41,839 nucleotides of DNA from an uncultured Mollicutes bacterium (GCA_947313935.1 CAMZNW010000121.1:1-41839), one strand, 5' to 3'. Counted from the first letter of the stretch, positions 30,576 to 39,424 are shown. Numbers and translations are program-made. The notes: a model not told the origin generated them from the letters alone.

Positions 30576-32654
30576 ATGGATATATTTAACTTGAAATTTG
30601 GTAATCAAGTAATAAAAGCAACATTTAATAAATTTGCTAAACAAGCAGATGGTGCAGTAATGTTAGAATGTGAAAAAACACAAATATTAATAACAGTTGT
30701 AGCTTCAAAAAAAAAAGTAAATAATTCATTTTTTCCATTAACAATTAATTATGAAGAAAAATTATATGCATTAGGAAAAATACCTGGAAATTATCAACGT
30801 CGTGAAGGTAGACCTTCTGAAGAAGCAACTTTAGCAGCACGATTAATTGATCGTCCGATCCGTCCGATGTTTCCAGATGGATATAATAATGAAATTCAAA
30901 TTGTTTGTACAATAATGAGTTTAGATCATAAAATACTACCTGAAATATTATCTATAAATGGTTCTTCATTAGCTCTTTTAATTTCAGAAAATATTCCTTT
31001 TGAGGAAGCTATTGGAGCTGTACATATTGGATATATTGATAATGAATTTATTATTAATCCATCATTAGAAGAAAGAAAAGTATCTCAATTAAATTTAAAA
31101 ATGTCTGGAACTAGTACAGAAATTAATATGGTTGAAGCAGAAGCAAATGAATTAAGTGAAGATGTGATTATAGATGCATTATTATTTGGACATCAAGAAA
31201 TAAAAAAAATAGTAAAACAACAACAAGAAATTGTAAGTAAATTGGATATAAAAAAAGAAGTGTATATTAAAGAAAAAAATGTAGAATTCATAGAATATAA
31301 AAAATTTATAAGTGAAAATTATACAAAAAATATTAAAAATAGTTTAATGATAGTAGATAAATTAGATCGTAATATAGCATTAAATGATACTTTAGAAGCA
31401 TGTATTGAACAATTAACAAAAGAAAATTTAGTAGATGAAATTACTGAAATAAATAAAGCATATGAAGAAGTAAAAAAAGAAATATTTCGCAAATTAATTA
31501 TTGAAGAAAAATATCGTGTTGATGGAAGAAAAATAGATGAATTAAGAAAATTAACTTCAGAAGTAGATATTTTAAAATCTGCTCATGGGTCAGCAATGTT
31601 TACACGTGGACAAACTCAAGTTTTAAGTGTAATAACATTAGGTATGAAAAGTGATGCCCAAATTTTTGATGGATTAGAAGAAAAAACTCTTGAAACCTTT
31701 TTATTACATTATAATTTCCCTCCATATAGTGTTGGAGAAACTGGTAGAATTGGAGCTCCTGGTCGTCGTGAAATGGGACATGGACATTTAGCTCATATGG
31801 CAATAGCAAAAGTATTACCAAGTTTTGAAGAATTTCCATATATAATTAAAGCGACAAATGATGTGTTAGAATCGAATGGTTCTTCTTCACAAGCAACAAT
31901 TTGTGCTACGTCATTAGCTTTGATGCAAGCAGGAGTGCCAATAAAGAAACAAGTTGCTGGAATTGCAATGGGTTTGATTTCAGAAGGAGAAAAATATACT
32001 ATTTTAACAGATATTCAAGGATTAGAAGATCATTTGGGAGATATGGATTTTAAAGTTGCTGGAACTAGAGATGGAATATGCACAATCCAAATGGATATAA
32101 AAGTTAAAGGTATATCAAAAGAAATATTAACTGAAAGTTTAGCAGCTGCAAAAATTGCTCGTATGCAAATATTAGATAATATGGATAAAATAATTTGCAA
32201 ACCCAATATAGAGTTATCAAAAAATGCTCCAAAAACTACATCATTTAAAATAAAAGAAAATCAAATTAAACTTGTTATTGGACGAGGTGGAGAAATGATT
32301 AATAAAATTATTTCAGAAACTAATGTTAAAATAGATATTGAAGAAGATGGACAAGTATTTATTTATTCAAAAGATCAAATAATGATAAATAAAGCAAAAG
32401 AAATGATTCTTGTATTAACAAAAGAATTTATTGTAGGAGAAGAATATTTTGCAAAAGTTGTAAGAATAGAAAAATTTGGATGTTTTGTAAATATAAATAT
32501 ATATGATAAAGAAGCATTATTACATATTTCAGATTTATCTACAGAACGAATAGAAAAAGTAGAAGATGTAATAAATTTAAATGATTGTATTAAAGTAGTT
32601 ATTAAAGAAGTAGATGATAAAAATCGGATTAAAGTAAAATTAATTAAAGAATAG
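30576..32654 (+). CDS. pnp: Polyribonucleotide nucleotidyltransferase (PNPase)
   Basis: 692 aa. Two RNase PH domains (..LIDRPIRPMFP.., ..GRREMGHGHLA..), then KH (GRGGEMINKI) and S1 (G..Y.AKVVRIEKFG.FV) domains. Confidence 0.96.
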   Translation: MDIFNLKFGNQVIKATFNKFAKQADGAVMLECEKTQILITVVASKKKVNNSFFPLTINYEEKLYALGKIPGNYQRREGRPSEEATLAARLIDRPIRPMFPDGYNNEIQIVCTIMSLDHKILPEILSINGSSLALLISENIPFEEAIGAVHIGYIDNEFIINPSLEERKVSQLNLKMSGTSTEINMVEAEANELSEDVIIDALLFGHQEIKKIVKQQQEIVSKLDIKKEVYIKEKNVEFIEYKKFISENYTKNIKNSLMIVDKLDRNIALNDTLEACIEQLTKENLVDEITEINKAYEEVKKEIFRKLIIEEKYRVDGRKIDELRKLTSEVDILKSAHGSAMFTRGQTQVLSVITLGMKSDAQIFDGLEEKTLETFLLHYNFPPYSVGETGRIGAPGRREMGHGHLAHMAIAKVLPSFEEFPYIIKATNDVLESNGSSSQATICATSLALMQAGVPIKKQVAGIAMGLISEGEKYTILTDIQGLEDHLGDMDFKVAGTRDGICTIQMDIKVKGISKEILTESLAAAKIARMQILDNMDKIICKPNIELSKNAPKTTSFKIKENQIKLVIGRGGEMINKIISETNVKIDIEEDGQVFIYSKDQIMINKAKEMILVLTKEFIVGEEYFAKVVRIEKFGCFVNINIYDKEALLHISDLSTERIEKVEDVINLNDCIKVVIKEVDDKNRIKVKLIKE

Positions 32655-32663
32655 GAGAAAATT

Positions 32664-33722
32664 ATGGATGAAATTTTCAAAAAATATAATGTTGAAGTAA
32701 TTTGGGTAAGTAATGACTATAACAAGAGATATTTAACTAATTTTTCAGGTTCTGCTAGTGAAGTAATATTAACACCAAATGAAATAATTTTGTTAACAGA
32801 TGGACGTTATCAAACACAAGTAAAAAAAGAAGTATTTGAACATATTCAAATAGAAATTATTAATTCCTCGGTTGATTATGAAAATGCATTAAAAAAGAAA
32901 TTAATTCCATTTAAACGAATTGGTTTTGAAGGAAATAATGTAACTATTAATCAATTAAATAGTTTGGAAAAGTTATTATCAAATAGTGAATTTATTCCAA
33001 TAAATAATGAAATAGAACAATTGAGATTATTAAAAAATGAAGATGAAATTGAAAAAATTAAGACAGCAGTAAAAATAACTGATCAAACATTTAGTTATGT
33101 TTGTGAAAATATAAAAGTTGGAATGACTGAAAAAGAAGTACAAGTAATGGTTGATAGTCAATTAATATTATTAGGAGCAGATAAAACTTCTTTTGATACC
33201 ATTTGCGTGTCGGGTAGTAATACTGCAAAACCACATGGACAAGCATCGAATAAAGTAATTAAATCAGGAGATATTGTAACACTTGATTTTGGTTGTTATA
33301 AGGATGGTTATGTATCTGATATGACAAGAACATTTTTTGTAGGAGAAGTAGGAAGTAGTGAATTAGTTAAAATTCATAATTTAGTTAACTATGCGGCAAA
33401 AGAACAAATTAAAGCAATTAAACCGGGAGTAAGAAATATTGATATTGATAAAATAGCAAGAGAGATATTTAAAAAAGAAAATATGGAACAATATTTTATT
33501 CATGGAACTGGTCATGGAATAGGATTAGAAATACATGAAAATCCTTATGTAAACAAAAGTGATGAAACCATTTTAGTTTCTGGAATGGCTATAACAATAG
33601 AACCAGGATTATATATTGAAGGTATTGGTGGAGTTAGAATAGAACAAGATATAATCGTAACAAATGGTGGCTGCATAGAACTAAATAGTTCAAATAAAGA
33701 ATATGATGCAGCAATAAAATAG
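32664..33722 (+). CDS. Xaa-Pro aminopeptidase/dipeptidase (M24B family, YqhT/PepP-like)
   Basis: Creatinase-like N-domain followed by the pita-bread fold ligands: DFGCYKDGYVSDMTRT, HGTGHGIGLEIHE, ITIEPGLY, GGVRIEQD. Confidence 0.88.
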   Translation: MDEIFKKYNVEVIWVSNDYNKRYLTNFSGSASEVILTPNEIILLTDGRYQTQVKKEVFEHIQIEIINSSVDYENALKKKLIPFKRIGFEGNNVTINQLNSLEKLLSNSEFIPINNEIEQLRLLKNEDEIEKIKTAVKITDQTFSYVCENIKVGMTEKEVQVMVDSQLILLGADKTSFDTICVSGSNTAKPHGQASNKVIKSGDIVTLDFGCYKDGYVSDMTRTFFVGEVGSSELVKIHNLVNYAAKEQIKAIKPGVRNIDIDKIAREIFKKENMEQYFIHGTGHGIGLEIHENPYVNKSDETILVSGMAITIEPGLYIEGIGGVRIEQDIIVTNGGCIELNSSNKEYDAAIK

Positions 33723-33729
33723 GAGAATA

Positions 33730-35031
33730 ATGCAATCATATTTTAAAGTAGAAGGTGGAAATAAATTGACAGGTAGTATTGAAATAAATGGTGCAAAAAA
33801 TTCTATTTTAGCATTATTAATTGCTTCATCAATGACAAATCAAGTAGTAACAATTGAAGATGTACAAAATATAAAAGATGTTCGTTCTCTAATAAAAAAA
33901 ATAAAAAAATTAAATTCAACTATTATTATAAACGATAATAGTTTTCGAAAAACTATTATTTTAGATAATAAAAATTTAAAATATCGAGATTTATTTATGG
34001 ATGAAATTTCTGAATTTAGAGCATCATATTATTTTATAGGCGCAATGATTGGACGTTATAAAAAATGTAATTTATTGTTACCTGGTGGATGTTTTTTAGG
34101 TCCACGACCAATAGATTTACATTTAAAAGGTTTTGAAGAATTAGGATGTACAATTATTGAAAAAGAAGAAAATGGAAAAACTAAATTATTTATAGATACA
34201 AAAGATGGTTTGCATGGGAGTGATATATTTTTAGATTTCCCTTCAGTTGGAGCAACAATTAATATTATGTTAGCAGCAACATTAGCTGAAGGTACAACAA
34301 CAATTGAAAATGCAGCAAAAGAACCAGAAATAATTGATGTAGCAACAATGTTAACATCAATGGGTGCAATTATTAAAGGAGCAGGAACTAATGTAATAAC
34401 AATTAGTGGTGTAAAGAAATTAAATGGTTGTTTTCATCAAACAATACCAGATAGAATTGAAGCTGGGACTTATATTATGTATGGTGCTGTACTAGGTGAA
34501 AATCTAATTATTAATAACATTATACCTGAACATTTAGAAGGTTTAATTTCAAAACTAACAAAAATGGGAGTAAATTTAAAAATTGGAGATGATTATATAA
34601 AAATAATTAATAGAAAAAAAGAATTTAAAGGAGTACCAATTACAACTGGTGTGTATCCATCATTTCCCACAGATTTACAACAAGTATATGTAACTTTATT
34701 GACACAATGCTATGGAACAACAAATGTTACAGAAACAATATTTCCAGATCGTTTTCGTCATTGTGAATATTTAAATGAAATGGGAGCAAATATAAAGGTT
34801 AATTCAGGTGAATATTTATCTAAAGCAACAGTTGATGGGTTTTCTAATTTGGTAGGTAAAGATGTAATGGCTACGGATTTACGTGCTGGTGCCGCTTTAA
34901 TATTTGCAGGTTTAATTGCAGATGGAACAACAACAATTAAAAATATTAACCATGTTTTACGTGGATATGATAACATAGTAGAGAAGTTAACTTTAGTTGG
35001 AGCAAAAATTGAGTTATGTGAGGGGGAATAA
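33730..35031 (+). CDS. murA: UDP-N-acetylglucosamine 1-carboxyvinyltransferase (MurA)
   Basis: ..GG.KL.G...I.GAKNS.LALL.AS.., the active-site loop LLLPGGCFLGPRPIDLH with the catalytic Cys retained, and ..ENAAKEPEI.D.A..L..MGA.I.G.GT..I.I.G. Confidence 0.95.
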   Translation: MQSYFKVEGGNKLTGSIEINGAKNSILALLIASSMTNQVVTIEDVQNIKDVRSLIKKIKKLNSTIIINDNSFRKTIILDNKNLKYRDLFMDEISEFRASYYFIGAMIGRYKKCNLLLPGGCFLGPRPIDLHLKGFEELGCTIIEKEENGKTKLFIDTKDGLHGSDIFLDFPSVGATINIMLAATLAEGTTTIENAAKEPEIIDVATMLTSMGAIIKGAGTNVITISGVKKLNGCFHQTIPDRIEAGTYIMYGAVLGENLIINNIIPEHLEGLISKLTKMGVNLKIGDDYIKIINRKKEFKGVPITTGVYPSFPTDLQQVYVTLLTQCYGTTNVTETIFPDRFRHCEYLNEMGANIKVNSGEYLSKATVDGFSNLVGKDVMATDLRAGAALIFAGLIADGTTTIKNINHVLRGYDNIVEKLTLVGAKIELCEGE

Positions 35032-35756
35032 TGGAATCAAGAAAAGAAAAAATACAAAAAGGGTTAAATAATGAAATTTATCATAAATTAAATACAATTA
35101 ATATGTCAAATGAATTTGACACATTAACTTCAACAGCTCAATTAGCTGATATTTTAGATGGATATATGAGTAAAATAGAAAATAAAAATTTATTTGAAAC
35201 TAATAATGATTTGAAAATTTTAGATTCAATAGATATTGATGTTGAAATTGATGAAAATGAAATTTTAAAAGAATATAATAATCAAATACATGAAACACAA
35301 AATGAGGAAGTAGTTGGATTAGAAACTTTATCTAATTTATTGGAGGAAGATAATAGTGAATTAATTCAAAATATTACTGCACAAGATTTAATTGAAATAG
35401 ATGATAATTTTGATATGACAATTGATAAATTAGAACAAGAAAAAAACACTGAAAATACTCTTATTGAAGAGGAAATAATAGATAATAATGAAAATGATTT
35501 TTTTGAAGAAGAAGTAATAGATAATAATGAAAATGATTTTCTTGAAGAAGAACTAATAGATAATAATGAAAATGATTTTCTTGAAAAAGAAATAATAGAT
35601 AATAACAAAAATCTTGAAGAAGAACAAGAAAATATTAGTAATGAGATATTAGAAAATAAAAGATTAGGTTTAACACCTAAAAAAATTGATATATTAGTAA
35701 TAATAGTATTAATAATGTTAATTATTTTAATTTTATATAAAAGGTTAGGAGTATAA
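35031..35756 (+). CDS. Hypothetical acidic E/D/N-rich protein with 13-aa tandem repeats and one C-terminal transmembrane helix (tail-anchored topology)
   Basis: 241-aa ORF. TAATG overlaps with the murA stop (35029-35033) and the cmk start (35754-35758). The C-terminus is KKIDILVIIVLIMLIILILYKRLGV. I recognise no family. Confidence 0.6.
   Translation: MESRKEKIQKGLNNEIYHKLNTINMSNEFDTLTSTAQLADILDGYMSKIENKNLFETNNDLKILDSIDIDVEIDENEILKEYNNQIHETQNEEVVGLETLSNLLEEDNSELIQNITAQDLIEIDDNFDMTIDKLEQEKNTENTLIEEEIIDNNENDFFEEEVIDNNENDFLEEELIDNNENDFLEKEIIDNNKNLEEEQENISNEILENKRLGLTPKKIDILVIIVLIMLIILILYKRLGV
35466..35612 (+). repeat. 39-bp in-frame tandem repeat, about 3.8 copies (EEEIIDNNENDFF / EEEVIDNNENDFL / EEELIDNNENDFL / EKEIIDNNKN)
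   Basis: Units start at 35466, 35505, 35544 and 35583, read directly from the sequence. Confidence 0.95.
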
Positions 35757-36385
35757 TGATAATTGCAATAGATGGTCCTGCTGGTAGTGGTAAGTCAACA
35801 ATAGCAAAAAAAGTTGCAGAACAATTAGAATTTACTTTTTTAGATACAGGAGCAATGTATCGAATGGTTACATTATACAACTTAGTAGATAGCCAAAAAT
35901 TAGAAGATGAACAAACTATTATTCAATCATTAAATAAAATAAATATTAAAGTTGTCAAAAATCATTTTTATCTAAATAATCAACTAGTTGATAAAGAAAT
36001 AAGAATGGATAAAGTATCAAGAAACGTTAGTTATGTTGCTGCAATAAAAGAAGTTCGTAATTATTTAGTATCATTACAACGAGAGATTGCTAAAAATAAT
36101 AATTGTATTTTAGATGGACGAGATATAGCGAGTGTGGTTTTTCCAAATGCAGATTATAAATTTTATTTAAATGCAAGTATAACAGAACGAGCTAATCGTC
36201 GTTTTAAAGAACAAGACAAACAATCATTAGAAGAAATAAAACAAGATATTAAAAACCGAGATATGTATGATATGACCAGAAAAGAAAGTCCATTAATAAA
36301 AGTTGCAGATGCAGTTGAAATTGATACTAGTAATTTGAGTATTAACCAAGTGTGCAAACTTATATTAGCTGAGGTGAAAAAATAA
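35756..36385 (+). CDS. cmk: Cytidylate kinase
   Basis: MIIAIDGPAGSGKSTIAKK.A..L.F.FLDTGAMYR. Confidence 0.95.
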   Translation: MIIAIDGPAGSGKSTIAKKVAEQLEFTFLDTGAMYRMVTLYNLVDSQKLEDEQTIIQSLNKINIKVVKNHFYLNNQLVDKEIRMDKVSRNVSYVAAIKEVRNYLVSLQREIAKNNNCILDGRDIASVVFPNADYKFYLNASITERANRRFKEQDKQSLEEIKQDIKNRDMYDMTRKESPLIKVADAVEIDTSNLSINQVCKLILAEVKK

Positions 36386-37695
36386 TGGGATATACAGTTG
36401 CAATAATAGGACGGCCAAATGTTGGAAAATCAACTTTATTTAATCGATTAACACAATCAAAGAAAGCAATAGTTGAAAATTTTCCAGGAGTTACTCGAGA
36501 TCGTTTATATGAAAAAGTAGTATATCAAGATAAAAGCTTTAATTTAATTGACACAGGTGGAATTACATTAGAAAATGGTACTTTTAATGAAGAAATTAAA
36601 ATGCAGGCTGAAATTGCAATGGATGAAAGTGATGTAGTATTATTTATTGTTGATGGTCAAGTTGGAATTACTTCAGAAGAAGAAATAATTGCTAAATTAT
36701 TAAGAAAAAAGAAAAAAAAAATAATTGTAGTTGTTAATAAAGTAGATAATGTTAAAATTTCAGAAAATATTTATGAATTCTATCAATTAGGATTTGAACA
36801 AATAGTACCAGTATCTTCAATTCATGGTAATGGTATTTATGATGTTTTAGATATAATTTATCCAAATATTGTTTTAGAAGAAGAAATAGATGAAGAAGTA
36901 ATTAAATTTAGTTTAATCGGACGACCAAATGTTGGAAAATCATCAATTTTTAATGCAATTACAAAACAAGAACGTTCAATTGTTTCATCAATAGAAGGAA
37001 CAACACGAGATGCAATAGATTATGAATTTAACATCGAAGAACGAAAATACAAAATTGTCGATACAGCTGGAATAAATCGACGTGGAAAGATATATGAGAA
37101 AGTTGATAAATATAGTGTTTTACGTGCTTTAAAAGCAGTTGAAAATAGTGATGTAGTTTTGTGGGTAATTGATGCTCATCGTGGTGTACAAGAGCAAGAT
37201 AAACGTGTATTAGGTTATGCTTTGGAACAAATGAAACCTTGTATTGTAATAATTAATAAATGGGATTTAATTGAAAAAGAAACTAATACACAAAAAAAAT
37301 ATATGGAAAAACTACAAGCGGAAATGCCATTTATAGCAGATAGTGAATTTATTTTTGTTTCAGCTACAACAACACGTGGAATAAAAAATATTATTCCATC
37401 TATTAATTCAATTTATGAAAAATATACAACTAAATTAACAACTTCTCAAGTAAATGGAGTTTTAAATGAAGCTGTATCAACAAAAGTTCATCCATCTCAT
37501 AAAGGAAAACCAATACGTTTTTATTATGGAACTCAAGTAGCTTCAAAACCACCTAAGTTTTTAATTTTTGTAAATAATCAAGAATTAGTACATTTTTCAT
37601 ATAAACGATATTTAGAAAATTATTTCAAAAAATCATTTAATTTACAAGGAATAAAGTTATCATTCGTTTTTAGAAATCGTGATGATAAAGAATAA
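36385..37695 (+). CDS. der: Ribosome-associated GTPase Der (EngA), two tandem G domains plus a KH-like domain
   Basis: GRPNVGKSTLFN and a second GRPNVGKSSIFN; DTGG / DTAG; NKVD / NKWD. TAATG overlap with cmk. Confidence 0.95.
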   Translation: MGYTVAIIGRPNVGKSTLFNRLTQSKKAIVENFPGVTRDRLYEKVVYQDKSFNLIDTGGITLENGTFNEEIKMQAEIAMDESDVVLFIVDGQVGITSEEEIIAKLLRKKKKKIIVVVNKVDNVKISENIYEFYQLGFEQIVPVSSIHGNGIYDVLDIIYPNIVLEEEIDEEVIKFSLIGRPNVGKSSIFNAITKQERSIVSSIEGTTRDAIDYEFNIEERKYKIVDTAGINRRGKIYEKVDKYSVLRALKAVENSDVVLWVIDAHRGVQEQDKRVLGYALEQMKPCIVIINKWDLIEKETNTQKKYMEKLQAEMPFIADSEFIFVSATTTRGIKNIIPSINSIYEKYTTKLTTSQVNGVLNEAVSTKVHPSHKGKPIRFYYGTQVASKPPKFLIFVNNQELVHFSYKRYLENYFKKSFNLQGIKLSFVFRNRDDKE

Positions 37696-37722
37696 AGTTA
37701 TAATATAATTAAGGAGGAATAG

Positions 37723-37764
37723 ATGATATTTTACTTAATTATATTATTTTTTAGTTATGATTGA
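37723..37764 (+). CDS. 13-codon hydrophobic upstream mini-ORF (MIFYLIILFFSYD) overlapping the ruvA start
   Basis: AAGGAGG (37711-17) lies 5 nt before ATG 37723. The TGA stop at 37762-64 falls 8 nt inside ruvA in another frame. ruvA has no SD of its own. Confidence 0.4.
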   Translation: MIFYLIILFFSYD

Positions 37765-38335
37765 TTTTATATCAGGCAACATTGAATTAATTGAAGAGGA
37801 TTTTGTAGTACTTGAATGTGAAAACATTGGATATGTAATATATATAATAAATAGTAAGAACTATAAAATTAATCAAAGAATCAAATTTTATGTTTATGAA
37901 CATATAAATGAGTATATCAAAAAAATTTATGGTTTTGATTCACGTGAAAAACAAAAAACGTTCCAAACTTTTATTAGTGTGAATTCGATTGGTCCTAAAA
38001 CAGCACTTGAAATTACAAAAAAAGATGGTTGTGAATTAATGTGTGCATTACGTGAACAAAATGTGAATTATTTTAAAGCAATTCACACAGTTGGTCCTAA
38101 GACAGCAAAAAAAATAATAGAAACAATTAAAAATATTGAACCATCAAAAGAAAAAAATAAAAAATATAAAATAAATGAAAATTTTTTAAGTTTAAAAAAT
38201 GAATTAACTGAAATATTATTAGCAATGGGATATAATGAAGAAAATATTGTATTATTTATACAAAGAAATAAGTTACAACTTAATATGAAGGAAAATATCG
38301 ATTTATTTATAAAAATAGATAAAATAAAAAAATAA
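37757..38335 (+). CDS. ruvA: Holliday junction DNA helicase subunit RuvA
   Basis: MIDFISGNIELIEEDFVVLECENIGYVIYI (OB domain, typical RuvA N-terminus), two HhH motifs (IGPKTALEI, VGPKTAKKI) and a C-terminal domain III (LLAMGYNEENI). Confidence 0.88.
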   Translation: MIDFISGNIELIEEDFVVLECENIGYVIYIINSKNYKINQRIKFYVYEHINEYIKKIYGFDSREKQKTFQTFISVNSIGPKTALEITKKDGCELMCALREQNVNYFKAIHTVGPKTAKKIIETIKNIEPSKEKNKKYKINENFLSLKNELTEILLAMGYNEENIVLFIQRNKLQLNMKENIDLFIKIDKIKK

Positions 38336-38357
38336 TATCCAAATAATGGATATTTTT
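38335..38357. terminator. Bidirectional terminator hairpin shared by convergent ruvA and tRNA-Arg
   Basis: ATATCCA (38335-41), loop AATAA, TGGATAT (38347-53). T-runs follow on both strands. Confidence 0.6.
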
Positions 38358-38369
38358 AAAATTAATTAA

Positions 38370-38446
38370 TGGTGTCCTGAAAGGGATTCGAACCCATGAC
38401 CTACGGCTTAGAAGGCCGTTGCTCTATCCAGCTGAGCTATCAAGAC
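38370..38446 (-). tRNA. tRNA-Arg (anticodon UCU), CCA-encoded, 77 nt
   Basis: Minus strand: GTCTTGA TA GCTC AGCTGGATA GAGC A ACGGC CTTCTAA GCCGT AGGTC ATGGG TTCGAAT CCCTT TCAGGAC A CCA. Full cloverleaf with one U-U mismatch in the T stem. Confidence 0.93.
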
Positions 38447-38458
38447 AAGTACTAATAT

Positions 38459-38487
38459 AGTATATCAAAAAATCATGGATATGTCAA
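38459..38487 (-). promoter_or_regulatory. Sigma-A promoter for tRNA-Arg: TTGACA-N17-TATACT
   Basis: On the minus strand the -35 is at 38487-38482 and the -10 at 38464-38459, ending 13 nt before the mature tRNA 5' end. Confidence 0.7.
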
Positions 38488-38519
38488 GATTATTAGTAAT
38501 GAAATGAATTAAGGATAAA

Positions 38520-39424
38520 ATGAAAAGATTATTAAAAGCTTATATACCAACTTTAATAGTATATTCTACAATTACATTAGTATCAATAGTAAATAATATT
38601 TTTATAGGTAATTTTTATGGAAGCATTGGACAAAGTGCAATGTCTTTAGTATATCCAATTATTTGAACTATAACTACACTAATATTTATGCTTAATATTG
38701 GAATAGTGACATATATTGGTTATGCAATAGGAGAAGAAGATCAAAAACAAGTAAATCTAATATTCAATACGGGTTTAGTATATGAAAGTTTTTTATTAAT
38801 AATGATAATTATAATCATATATAATTTAATGGGAAGTTATGTAAATTTATTTCAAAAAATCAAGAGATAATTAATTATTTTATGTCTTATATGAAAATAA
38901 TTATTCCATCAATGTATATAATGTTTTTAACTTTAACATTAGCTTTTATTCAAAGAACTAATGGAAACAATAAAATGTTATTAATAACATCAATATTATC
39001 TTTAGGTGTTAATATTAGTTTAAATTATTATTTTGTAGTAGTATTACAATTAAATATTATGGCTATCGCAATAGCTTCTTTATTTTCTTATATAGTCCAA
39101 TTAATATATATTATATAAGTATAAAAAAATTAATGAATAAAATTTAAGTTTAGGTTAATAAAATTTGATATTAAATTATTTAAAAAAATTTTATTAAGTG
39201 GTTGGTGCATCTGATGGTTTATTTGATATTGCTAATGCAATAATACAAATAATGAATAATATATTGTTATTATTAATATTAGGAACAATTGGTTTAGTGT
39301 ATATAAATGTTTTAAATACAATTTCAATGATTTAGGATTATGGAGTTCATATACAATATCAGAAGTAATTAGTTTTTTAATTATAACAATAGTAATAAAA
39401 TTAAATAAAGTGCAATTAAAATAA
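38520..39424 (+). pseudogene. Decayed MATE-family efflux transporter gene
   Basis: MKRLLKAYIPTLIVYSTITLVSIVNNIFIGNFYG.IGQSAMSLVYPII*... with an in-frame TGA (38664-66). A -1 frame change follows at the A6 tract 38854-59, then a cluster of stops at 39116-39136 and further frame changes near 39200 and 39340. The total length (about 900 nt) is too short for the usual ~450-aa MATE protein. ORF-track entries 38688..38870 and 38882..39118 are fragments of it. Confidence 0.65.

Noticed and set aside
35366-35608. 80-aa minus-strand ORF with SFSLLSI repeats; also considered whether the periodic 39-bp repeats could be a CRISPR array
   Set aside because: The ORF is the mirror image of the plus-strand acidic repeat ORF. 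The repeats are contiguous with no spacers, in frame and coding, so this is not a CRISPR array.
38664-38666. In-frame TGA in the MATE gene as evidence for UGA=Trp (Mollicutes code 4)
   Set aside because: Every conserved Trp I checked (gyrB, secY, rplB, rpsC, metG and others) is TGG. All long conserved genes are open under the standard code. TGA is the functional stop of coaX, adk (ATGA overlap with map) and yqeG. The MATE gene also has several other lesions, so this TGA is just one more of them.
38688-39118. Track ORFs 38688-38870 and 38882-39118 as independent small membrane protein genes
   Set aside because: They lie 12 nt apart in different reading frames, continue the upstream reading frame that starts at 38520, and together follow the MATE transporter helix pattern. 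They are fragments of one pseudogene.
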